From the NCBI GenBank assembly GCA_051867635.1, contig JBJDYT010000006.1, forward strand, positions 25,293 to 89,292: a DNA stretch of 64,000 nucleotides. Direction: 5' to 3'. The notes under the pieces were generated by a model. It was not told the DNA's origin and ran no database searches. It worked only from the letters and a program-made list of their open reading frames with translations. Of this stretch, positions 56,772-64,000 are shown one piece after another (the stretch's first letter is position 1; every line of letters begins with the position of its first letter). The position numbers were made by a program, and so were the translations under genes. The DNA comes from Oscillospiraceae bacterium. Lineage in GTDB: Bacteria > Bacillota > Clostridia > Oscillospirales > Oscillospiraceae.

Positions 56772-56801
56772 TTGGCAAGGACGGGCCGGGTGTGGTATAA
56801 T
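56772..56801 (+). promoter_or_regulatory. Sigma-A promoter of dusB
   Basis: TTGGCA, 18 nt, then TG-extended TATAAT. Confidence 0.65.
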
Positions 56802-56844
56802 GCCGCCGTATGATGAAAATTTTCGGAAAGCAGGTGTCGGCCTC

Positions 56845-57813
56845 ATGCGCATCGGCTCTGTCAAGATCGCCTCCCCCCTGGTCCTGGCCCCCATGGCGGG
56901 GGTAACGGACCTGGCCTTCCGCTCCGTCTGCCGGGAAATGGGCGCGGCGCTGAGCTGTACGGAGCTGGTCAGCTCCCGGGCTCTTTGCTATCAGGATAAA
57001 AAAAGCCGCCAGCTGCTGCAGCTGGCGGAGAATGAAAAGCCCGCGGCGGTACAGCTCTTCGGCAGCGACCCCGCCTGCATGGCGGACGCGGCGGAGATCG
57101 CCCTGGAGGCCTCCGGCGCGGACATTCTGGACATCAACATGGGCTGCCCCGTGGGAAAGGTGGTGACCAGCGGCGACGGCAGCGCTTTGATGCGTGACCC
57201 GGAAAAGGCCGCCCGCATCGCGGAGGCCGTGGTAAAGCGGGTGCAGGTCCCCGTGACGGTAAAGATGCGCCGGGGCTGGGACAAGGGCAGCATCAATGCC
57301 GTGGAGCTGGCGAAGCTGCTGGAGGGCGTGGGCGTGGCCGCCGTGGCGGTACACGGCCGCACCCGGATGCAGATGTACGGCGGCGCCGCCGACTGGACCA
57401 CCATCCGGGAGGTGAAGGAGGCTGTTTCCATTCCCGTCATCGCCAACGGCGACGTGTTCACCGCGGAGGACGCGGTGCGCATCCTCCGCTTCACCCATGC
57501 CGACGGCGTCATGATCGGCCGGGGCTGCTTCGGCAACCCCTGGCTGTTTGCCCAGGCCGCCGCCGCTCTCGCGGGAGAGCCGCTCCCCCCGCCGCCCACG
57601 CTCCGTGAGCGCTGCGAGACGGCGGAGCGGCAGTTCGCCCTCTCCGCCTCCGTCAAGGGGGAGCGGATCGCGGTGCTGGAGGCCCGGCGGCACTACGCCT
57701 GGTATCTCAAGGGCGTCCGCAACGCCGCCTACTACCGGGAGAAGATCGTCCACATGGAGACCATGGAGGATGTGCACCGGATCACCGCCGGTATCCTGCG
57801 GGATTTGGCATAA
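56845..57813 (+). CDS. dusB: tRNA dihydrouridine synthase DusB
   Basis: 322 aa with [21 protein letters not shown] and the FMN-binding IANGD. The ATG at 56845 is downstream of the mapped promoter. Confidence 0.92.
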   Translation: MRIGSVKIASPLVLAPMAGVTDLAFRSVCREMGAALSCTELVSSRALCYQDKKSRQLLQLAENEKPAAVQLFGSDPACMADAAEIALEASGADILDINMGCPVGKVVTSGDGSALMRDPEKAARIAEAVVKRVQVPVTVKMRRGWDKGSINAVELAKLLEGVGVAAVAVHGRTRMQMYGGAADWTTIREVKEAVSIPVIANGDVFTAEDAVRILRFTHADGVMIGRGCFGNPWLFAQAAAALAGEPLPPPPTLRERCETAERQFALSASVKGERIAVLEARRHYAWYLKGVRNAAYYREKIVHMETMEDVHRITAGILRDLA

Positions 57814-57855
57814 TCGTCCATTTTCTTTTTCCCGCTTTTGTGTTATCCTGTCTCT

Positions 57856-57920
57856 CGGCAGGTGCCATCACCCTGCCGGCAGGCTCTCATATAAGCCTGT
57901 CAACTAAAAAAATGGGAGAA
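57856..57920 (+). promoter_or_regulatory. Candidate preQ1-responsive leader of queT
   Basis: There are two hairpins, CGGCAGG/CCTGCCG and CAGGCT-CTCATATA-AGCCTG, then the A-rich tail TCAACTAAAAAAATGGGAG. The SD GGGAG could pair with loop CTC to form an H-type pseudoknot, as in preQ1 class I. The sequence does not match the class I consensus closely. Confidence 0.4.
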
Positions 57921-57926
57921 TTGCAT

Positions 57927-58433
57927 ATGAAACGTTTTTCCACCAAAGACCTAACGGCCGCGGCCGTCGTGGCGGCGCTGTACGCCGCCCTGTCCCTGCT
58001 GTCCGACATGCTGGGCCTCGCCTTCGGCCCCATCCAGTGCCGCCTCTCCGAGGCGCTCTGCGTCCTGCCGCTGGTGCTGCCCTCCTCCGTGTGGGGGCTG
58101 ACGCTGGGCTGCCTGCTGACCAACATCCTCAGCCCCTACGGGCTGCTGGACCTGGCGGTGGGCACCTTCGCCACCTTCCTTGCCGCGTGCCTGACCCGCC
58201 GCTGCCGCAGCCAGTGGACCGCCGTGCTGCCCCCGGTGCTGTGCAACGGCGTCCTGGTGGGCGGGCTCATCGCCTTCCAGACCGCGCCCGCCGCCACCTT
58301 CCTCGCCGCCTTCCTCTATAACGGCCTCACCGTGGCCCTGGGCGAGGTCTTGTCCTGCGGCGTGCTGGGACTGATGCTGCTGCGCCTGCTGCGCGGCCGT
58401 CTCTCCCATCTGCTGCCCGGGCACGGCGCATAA
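57927..58433 (+). CDS. queT: Queuosine precursor transporter QueT
   Basis: 168 aa, 5-6 TM, with TKDLTAAAVVAALYAALS and CRLSEAL. Confidence 0.85.
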   Translation: MKRFSTKDLTAAAVVAALYAALSLLSDMLGLAFGPIQCRLSEALCVLPLVLPSSVWGLTLGCLLTNILSPYGLLDLAVGTFATFLAACLTRRCRSQWTAVLPPVLCNGVLVGGLIAFQTAPAATFLAAFLYNGLTVALGEVLSCGVLGLMLLRLLRGRLSHLLPGHGA

Positions 58434-58443
58434 CATGAAAAAA

Positions 58444-58478
58444 CGCCGGCGGCGCTGCCGCCGGCGCTTCCTTTTGTT
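58444..58478 (+). terminator. Intrinsic terminator of queT
   Basis: 9-bp stem CGCCGGCGG/CCGCCGGCG followed by CTTCCTTTTGTT. Confidence 0.7.
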
Positions 58479-58559
58479 CCCCGTCACTTTTTCCCCGCAA
58501 AGCGGCGGCGGAAGCGGGGGAAAAGCGAATTTTCCGGCCGTTTCTTCCCCGAAAAGGGC

Positions 58560-58588
58560 TTGACAAGCCCCCGGAAACAGGATAAAAT
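58560..58588 (+). promoter_or_regulatory. Sigma-A promoter of rpsF-ssb-rpsR
   Basis: TTGACA, 17 nt, TAAAAT. Confidence 0.8.
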
Positions 58589-58668
58589 AAGTAGGCTCGC
58601 TTATCAGCGGGCTAATCCTTGCTCACATTTGGCTATGTGGGCCATCAGACCAGAAGGAGGTGCAAAAA

Positions 58669-58965
58669 ATGGCTAAGATTTCTGCCAACTATGAGGTCGT
58701 GTACATCGTCGACCCTGCACAGGGTGAGGAGGCAATTGCCGCCACCGTGGCGAAGTTCAAGGACCTGGCGGAGCAGCACGGGACCAACGTGGAAGTGGAC
58801 GAGTGGGGCAAGCGCAAGCTGGCCTACGCGATCAACTACAAGACCGAGGGCTACTATGTTCTCATGTCCTTCACCAGCAGTCCCGAATTCCCCAAGGAGC
58901 TGGACCGCGTGCTCGGTATCACCGAAGGCATCATGCGCTCCATGATCGTCTGCAAGGGCGAATAA
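58669..58965 (+). CDS. rpsF: 30S ribosomal protein S6
   Basis: 98 aa with YEVVYIVDP and WGKRKLAY. The ATG at 58669 is 7 nt after AAGGAGGTG. Confidence 0.96.
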   Translation: MAKISANYEVVYIVDPAQGEEAIAATVAKFKDLAEQHGTNVEVDEWGKRKLAYAINYKTEGYYVLMSFTSSPEFPKELDRVLGITEGIMRSMIVCKGE

Positions 58966-58980
58966 GGAGGCGGGCGCGAC

Positions 58981-59430
58981 ATGCTGAACCGCATCATCAT
59001 CATGGGCCGCCTGACCAAGGACCCCGAGTTGCGCAGGACCCAGAACGGCACCGCTGTGACGTCGTTCTCCCTGGCGGTGGACCGGGACTTCAAGAGTCAG
59101 TCCGGCGAAAAAGAGACCGATTTCATTGATGTGGTCGCCTGGCGGAATACGGCGGAGTTCATCTGCCAGTATTTCAGCAAGGGCCGTATGGCCGTTGTGG
59201 AGGGCCGGCTGCAGCTGCGAGATTGGAAGGACCAGAACGGCAACAACCGCCGCAGCGCGGAAGTCGTTGCCGATAACGTGTATTTCGGCGACAGCAAGCG
59301 CGACGGCGCCCCCATGGGCGGCGCCATGCCCGGCTCCGCCCCCGCCGGCGGCTACGGAAGAGCCCCCGCGGGCGGTATGCCCTCCGCTTTCGCCGAGATC
59401 GACGAGGAGGACGGCGAGCTGCCGTTCTGA
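58981..59430 (+). CDS. ssb: Single-stranded DNA-binding protein
   Basis: 149 aa with an OB fold (MLNRIIIMGRLTKDPELR), a Gly/Pro-rich linker and the acidic tip DEEDGELPF. Confidence 0.96.
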   Translation: MLNRIIIMGRLTKDPELRRTQNGTAVTSFSLAVDRDFKSQSGEKETDFIDVVAWRNTAEFICQYFSKGRMAVVEGRLQLRDWKDQNGNNRRSAEVVADNVYFGDSKRDGAPMGGAMPGSAPAGGYGRAPAGGMPSAFAEIDEEDGELPF

Positions 59431-59475
59431 TCGAACGCCGAAGCGTTCCACCATTCTAACAAGGAGGAAACTTTC

Positions 59476-59730
59476 ATGGCTATGGAAAATGAAAACCGGC
59501 CTGCCCGCCCGATGAACCGCAACCGCCGCAAGAAGGTCTGCCAGTTCTGCGTCGACAAGGCCACCTATATCGATTACAAGGATGCCGCCAAGCTGCGCCG
59601 CTACATTTCCGAGCGCTCCAAGATCCTGCCCCGCAGGACCACCGGCACCTGCGCCATGCATCAGCGCCAGCTGACCGAGGCCATCAAGCGGGCCCGTCAG
59701 ATCGCCCTGCTGCCCTTTGTCACCGAATAA
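59476..59730 (+). CDS. rpsR: 30S ribosomal protein S18
   Basis: 84 aa with KKVCQFC, IDYKD and ILPRRTTG. Confidence 0.96.
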   Translation: MAMENENRPARPMNRNRRKKVCQFCVDKATYIDYKDAAKLRRYISERSKILPRRTTGTCAMHQRQLTEAIKRARQIALLPFVTE

Positions 59731-59742
59731 ATCGACATGGAT

Positions 59743-59782
59743 AAGCCCCGCCCGGACCGCACGGTCCGGGCGGGGCTTTTTT
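59743..59782 (+). terminator. Intrinsic terminator of rpsF-ssb-rpsR
   Basis: 16-bp stem AAGCCCCGCCCGGACC/GGTCCGGGCGGGGCTT followed by T6. Confidence 0.9.
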
Positions 59783-59969
59783 GCGCCGCGGCGTCATACC
59801 CGCAGCGTTATCTTCGGGGCAAGCCAGACAGGCTGCTCCTTTCCCGCCCGCTCTTCCCCCTGCGTTAAATGCCCTGCCTCTTTCCCGGCCGTAGGAGGGG
59901 CCGCGGCCGAAAAACCGCCCGGAGCATTTGACGCCGTACACCCTACAGCCGGCTTCGCCGCCGGCGCCG

Positions 59970-60284
59970 TCAGGCCTTTTTCATCTCAAAGTGGATCAGC
60001 AGCGACAGCAGTGCCCGCAGCAGTATCACGGCCCCGAGAATGACCAGTTCCTGAAGGTTCCTGACCAGGACCGTCTTGAGTATCTCCGCCGCCATTTTGA
60101 ACTCCAGCCCGGAGGCCATCCCTTGGGCCAACTCAAACTTGAAGTCGCACTCGCTGCGGCCGAACAGCCCGGCCAGATACTTCCAAAAGGCCTTTACCGT
60201 TGCCACGGTCACGATAAATATGCCCATCAGCTCACAGAGCTCGATGATGGCCGGCAATATGTATTCGATAAGCTCTTCTAACAA
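59970..60284 (-). CDS. DUF1622 domain-containing membrane protein
   Basis: About 104 aa with LLEELIEYILPAIIELCELMGIFIV and FKMAAEILKTV. I chose the TTG at 60284, after GAAAGG. The ORF stays open to 60392. Confidence 0.65.
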   Translation of the reverse strand: MLEELIEYILPAIIELCELMGIFIVTVATVKAFWKYLAGLFGRSECDFKFELAQGMASGLEFKMAAEILKTVLVRNLQELVILGAVILLRALLSLLIHFEMKKA

Positions 60285-60369
60285 GCGGCACCAGCCTTTC
60301 CCTCTCTCCGGCGGCTCCGAAGGCCGGAGAACACCGCCTATCTTTTTAAAAACTCCGCACAGGGGGAGC

Positions 60370-61938
60370 TCAGGAGGAGGCCCGTTTCGCACCTGGCGCG
60401 TCCTTGGGAAGGAACCGCACCATGACGAAGCAGAGGACTATGCCCGCGGCGCACACAAGCCACGCCCGCTGGATGCTCTGTGCAAAAATGTCCCTGAGCT
60501 GGCGGACCAGCATCTCCGCTTCCGCGCGGTCTGCCAGACAGCAGGCTGCCTTTGTCGTCTCCTCCTCTTTCAGTAAAAATGCGTAGTCGCTCAGCAGGCT
60601 CCCCGCCGTATCCGAGAGTCCGGCGGTCTGCGCGAGGCGCGCCCCGGACAGAGTCGTCCACAGTCCCGTAAAGGCCAGATTGGCAAGGGAGCTGCCTATC
60701 GTGCCGCCGATTTTCTGTATAAAACCATTGGTCCCGATAGCCATTCCCACCTCGTCCTGCGGCACATTGTTCTGGAGGAACAGGGTAAAGGCATACACGA
60801 GATGTCCGGTACCGGCGCCGATGCAGGCGTAGCAGGCCCCCACTGCAAAGGGCGGCGTCCCAACCTTGGTGAAAATCAACCCTGCGAAGCCCAAAAACGT
60901 GACTACAAGCGCCGCTTCCGTGACGGCCCGCAGCCTCCCCGTCTTGGCAACGATGCGCCCGGAGACCACAGACGCCACCGTCATCGCCACGAACTGGACC
61001 GACATCAGCAGGCCATTGTCGAGGGAATCCAGGCAGAGGACCCCGGTGCCCAGAAGGGTCTTGAAGGTATTGAGGGGGTAGGTCGCCACATACAGTCCGA
61101 AGACCGCCGCACAGCAGACCAGAAAGAGACGGTTTTTGAACAGGGACAGCGGGATCACCGCGCCGGAGTTCCCTCTCTCCACAAGGACAAAGGCGGTCCC
61201 CAGCACCAGGGCGGCCAGCAGGCAGTGCCACGCCTTCGCTCCGGGCAGCAGGACTTCCGGTCCGTTGACCGCCAGGACGAAGGCCGCGCTGGTGAGACTC
61301 AGGAGGAGGATGCCCCACCAGTCGACCCTCTCGCGGCGGGAGAGCGCCGGCCGCGGCATGTAGGCCTGAAGCATGAGCAGCGGGACGGCACCGATAACAA
61401 CGCCGATCCAAAACACCCAGCGCCAGCCCACCGTACCGGCCAGTATGCCCGCCAAGGGCGGAAAGATCGCCTGGGAAAGGCCCACCATGGTGGAATAGAA
61501 CGCCACATATTTGGCCCGGGTCTCCGCCGGATTGATCTCCCCGAGAATAGCGACGCCGGTGGACAGGATACTCCCATAACCAAAGCCGATGACCGCGCGG
61601 GCAATGGTAAACTCCGCCATAGATCGGACCAGCGCGCTGTACGCGGTACCCGCAAGACAGCAGGCGATCCCCGCCATATAGGCAAATTTTTTGCCGAGCA
61701 GCTGGCTCAGGCGGCCGGAAAGCGGCATGGCCACGGCGGCAAGCAGGTAGAAAAGATTCCATGACAAGGCGTAGTACCTGCTGCCGTCCGCAAACGCCAC
61801 GATCATATCCGGACTGACAGCCGTTACGACAGCGTTCAGATACGCGGAGAAGAAGATCCCCAGCAGGGTCGCGACATTCACCCGCAGGCGCAGAGCCGTA
61901 TTCTCAATCACCATAGCGATCCCCGTTTCGTGCAGCAC
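60370..61938 (-). CDS. MFS transporter (DHA2/EmrB-like, about 14 TM)
   Basis: 522 aa with MPLSGRLSQLLGKKF (motif A-like). The number of hydrophobic segments is typical of DHA2. An alternative start lies at 61914. Confidence 0.85.
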   Translation of the reverse strand: MLHETGIAMVIENTALRLRVNVATLLGIFFSAYLNAVVTAVSPDMIVAFADGSRYYALSWNLFYLLAAVAMPLSGRLSQLLGKKFAYMAGIACCLAGTAYSALVRSMAEFTIARAVIGFGYGSILSTGVAILGEINPAETRAKYVAFYSTMVGLSQAIFPPLAGILAGTVGWRWVFWIGVVIGAVPLLMLQAYMPRPALSRRERVDWWGILLLSLTSAAFVLAVNGPEVLLPGAKAWHCLLAALVLGTAFVLVERGNSGAVIPLSLFKNRLFLVCCAAVFGLYVATYPLNTFKTLLGTGVLCLDSLDNGLLMSVQFVAMTVASVVSGRIVAKTGRLRAVTEAALVVTFLGFAGLIFTKVGTPPFAVGACYACIGAGTGHLVYAFTLFLQNNVPQDEVGMAIGTNGFIQKIGGTIGSSLANLAFTGLWTTLSGARLAQTAGLSDTAGSLLSDYAFLLKEEETTKAACCLADRAEAEMLVRQLRDIFAQSIQRAWLVCAAGIVLCFVMVRFLPKDAPGAKRASS

Positions 61939-61997
61939 AGCCCATAGCTCCCGCCATGGGCTGTGCTGTCTTTTGGTGTCCGGCCGACGCCGGCAGA

Positions 61998-63050
61998 TCA
62001 GTAATTCAGGCCGTCAAAGCGGACGATGGCGCGTCCGTGAACCCGCAGGTTCTCAATGTCCTCGATCGCCTGCAGGAAGTCCTCAAAGGCGTAGTCGGTG
62101 TGTTCGTTGATCAGCTTGCCTCGCTTGGCCAGGTCCACCACCGTCTGTAGATCCTCCATGCTGCCGCCGCGCCAAAGGCGGACGTCACAGCCGGTCTTGT
62201 TGCCCATGGTCGCCCAGCTGATGGGGAACGTACCGCCATACATGCCCGTAATGCTGACACGTCCGTTCATTTTCACGACCCGCGCCGCCAGGTCCATTGT
62301 CCACTGGTCGCCCTTGTAGTCCAGCACCAGGTCCACGCCCTTGCCGCCGGTGAGCTTCATGATCTCCTCATAGGCCCCATCGCCGGTCCTGACGACGTAG
62401 TCCGCTCCCTTCTTCCGGCTCATCTCGATGCGCTCGTCCGCGGTCGCCACCACGATGACCGTGCAGGCGGTCAGCAGCTTGCAGTACTGCAGCGCAAAGC
62501 CCGCCAGCGCACCGGAGCCAAACAGCAGGATAACGGACTTTCCGGTAAGCTTATAAAGGCTGCTGCGGACGGGGCCGAAGGATGCCAGGCCCGCGTCGCC
62601 CAGGGAGCACCACTCGCGGGGGTCCAGGTCGCCCAGAGAGACCAGCTCGCGGGGGCGAACGATCATGTACTGCGCCATGCCGCCCTGCTGCGCAAAGCCG
62701 CGGACCTTGTGCACCTCACAGAAATTGCTGTTGCCGTTCAGGCAGTTGGGGCAAAGGCCGCAGCTGGTGTTGGCGGAGGAGACAACCGCCTCCCCGACCT
62801 CAAAGCCGCAGTCCTCGGTGCCGGGTCCTTTCTCCACGACCCAGCCGGCGTTTTCATGGCCCGGAGTTATGGGGTTCAGGGGGAATTTCTTGTACTTTCC
62901 GCGGACGATCGCCACATCCGTGCGGCAGACGCCGGCGGAAGCCATCTTCAAAAGCAGCTCGCCGGGGCCGGGGGTGGGGATAGGGATCTCCCTAATCTCT
63001 GCTGCTCTGCCGTCGTCATAGACGCACCAAGCCTTCATCATGCCTTCCAT
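61998..63050 (-). CDS. Zinc-dependent alcohol dehydrogenase family (MDR) protein
   Basis: 350 aa with catalytic GVCRTD and GHENAG, the structural-zinc motif CGLCPNCLNGNSNFC, and the Rossmann motif LFGSGALAG. Confidence 0.9.
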   Translation of the reverse strand: MEGMMKAWCVYDDGRAAEIREIPIPTPGPGELLLKMASAGVCRTDVAIVRGKYKKFPLNPITPGHENAGWVVEKGPGTEDCGFEVGEAVVSSANTSCGLCPNCLNGNSNFCEVHKVRGFAQQGGMAQYMIVRPRELVSLGDLDPREWCSLGDAGLASFGPVRSSLYKLTGKSVILLFGSGALAGFALQYCKLLTACTVIVVATADERIEMSRKKGADYVVRTGDGAYEEIMKLTGGKGVDLVLDYKGDQWTMDLAARVVKMNGRVSITGMYGGTFPISWATMGNKTGCDVRLWRGGSMEDLQTVVDLAKRGKLINEHTDYAFEDFLQAIEDIENLRVHGRAIVRFDGLNY

Positions 63051-63094
63051 ATGTAATCCTCCGATCCGTTAAATTTGATTGTTGAAAGCGCCGC

Positions 63095-64000
63095 TCAGCG
63101 CAGCGTGCGCACAGCGTGGAAGCCTTCGTTTTCCGCATCCCAGACCTTCCTGGGCTTTTCCGCGTTGCCGATCGTCTTGAGGCACTTGACCTTGCCCCAC
63201 AGCTCGTCCTGCAGCGTGTGATCGGAACGAAATCCCACCGCGATGACCACATGGTCGCAGTCCAGCCGGAACTCCTCGCCGTCCTTTTCACAGATGACTC
63301 CCTGCTCATCGATGCATTTGACTGTAGTGCGCAGGCGCAGGTCGATATGGGAGTTGGCCAGCATGTTGCGCAGGCTCTGGTCGCAGTTGAACAGATGTGT
63401 CGCCGTCTTCAGCACGTCATCCATGGCCTCGATGCAGGTCACTTCGCAGCCCATGCGCTCAAAATGCAGGGCGCCCTCGCAGCCTACCAGGCCGCCGCCG
63501 ATAACGCAGACCTTGCCGGACAGCTTCACGCCCTCGCGCAGCAGTTCTACGCCGTCCTTGACGATGGAGCAGTCGATGCCGGGAATACGGGGCTTAATGG
63601 AGTTGGCGCCGTAAGCGAGGATGACCGCGTCCCAGTTCCCCGCGATGATCTCCTCCGCGGTGGCCGTCTTGTTCAGGATGACCTCCACGTTCTGCGCCTG
63701 GTCCAAGCGGTGGATCATGTTTTCCATACTGACGTACATGTCCCGCTTGAATTCGGGCATACCCGCGGCGCGCAGATCGCCGCCAAGGTACGGCCGCTTC
63801 TCCCAGATGGTCGCGTGATGGCCCATCCAGTTGGCCATCAGCGCGGCTTTCATGCCGCCCGGGCCCCCGCCCACGATCAGGATGTTCTTGGGATCCCTGG
63901 TCTTCTCCAGCGGATAGTCCACTTCATGGGTGGACATGGGGTTGATGGCGCAGGTGCGGTGCTTGCCATTGAAACCAGTGTTCAGGCATTCGTTGCAGCC
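63095..64000 (-). CDS. FAD/NAD(P)-binding C-terminal part of an NADH:flavin oxidoreductase (2,4-dienoyl-CoA / enoate reductase family); gene continues past window end
   Basis: The frame is open to base 64000. The translation ...GCNECLNTGFNGKHRTCAINPM... is the Fe-S linker, followed by ILIVGGGPGGMKAA and VCVIGGGLVGCE dinucleotide folds. Confidence 0.85.
   Translation of the reverse strand, partial: GCNECLNTGFNGKHRTCAINPMSTHEVDYPLEKTRDPKNILIVGGGPGGMKAALMANWMGHHATIWEKRPYLGGDLRAAGMPEFKRDMYVSMENMIHRLDQAQNVEVILNKTATAEEIIAGNWDAVILAYGANSIKPRIPGIDCSIVKDGVELLREGVKLSGKVCVIGGGLVGCEGALHFERMGCEVTCIEAMDDVLKTATHLFNCDQSLRNMLANSHIDLRLRTTVKCIDEQGVICEKDGEEFRLDCDHVVIAVGFRSDHTLQDELWGKVKCLKTIGNAEKPRKVWDAENEGFHAVRTLR

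Noticed and set aside
56707-56844. An upstream extension of dusB, using ATG codons near 56800.
   Set aside because: Those ATGs lie inside or before the TG-extended TATAAT promoter. The conserved DusB N-terminus begins at 56845.
58589-58668. The rpsF 5' leader as an S6:S18-binding autoregulatory structure, and the rplM leader (38508-38587) as an L13 leader.
   Set aside because: Only short, weak hairpins can be drawn by hand. I cannot verify either family without covariance models.

Overview
This is a 64-kb, high-GC (about 65% by eye) chromosomal segment. It looks like core genome of a spore-forming Clostridia member, Oscillospiraceae/Ruminococcaceae-like, because spoIID, spoIIE, bofA and yaaL are present. 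I support about 72 protein-coding genes, and almost all are housekeeping.

Gene content, in order along the window:
- A LacI-controlled sugar ABC system and gap.
- A T-box-controlled TrpB2-type gene, then pepT.
- SRP RNA-dnaX-ybaB.
- An ApbE/NusG-II/Gx-transporter module.
- A long minus-strand DNA-repair and competence string: radC-uvrB-(EamA-ybaK-zincin)-uvrA-...-recD2-comFC-mreB.
- A Cu/Zn-SOD-like gene and an M-box-controlled mgtE.
- DUF1540 plus a split TauE pair, then a truncated KdpD/KdpE-like two-component pair.
- spoIID, tadA, yaaL-bofA, rplM-rpsI.
- zur-znuACB.
- The rimP-nusA-ylxR-ylxQ-infB-rbfA-nrnA-truB-ribF operon.
- spoIIE, dusB, queT, rpsF-ssb-rpsR.
- A slightly lower-GC MFS/DUF1622/Zn-ADH/flavin-oxidoreductase cluster that runs off the window end.

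RNA elements I can support are a small SRP RNA, a T-box leader, an M-box riboswitch, a weaker preQ1-type candidate, and many intrinsic terminators and sigma-A-like promoters.

I found no CRISPR array, transposase, integrase, prophage, toxin-antitoxin pair or recognisable defence system. I do not think this window holds a clear novel system. The items most worth a second look are:
1. A 91%-identical relic copy of the uvrB 3' end, sitting at the junction where a three-gene cassette separates uvrB from uvrA.
2. The ApbE module, which has no visible flavinylation substrate.
3. A promoter, 50-nt leader and terminator upstream of rimP-nusA.
4. CggR-operator-like CGGGAC repeats upstream of gap, with no cggR gene present.
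5. The terminal reductase island.

All family assignments come from reading motifs in the supplied translations. No database search was run.
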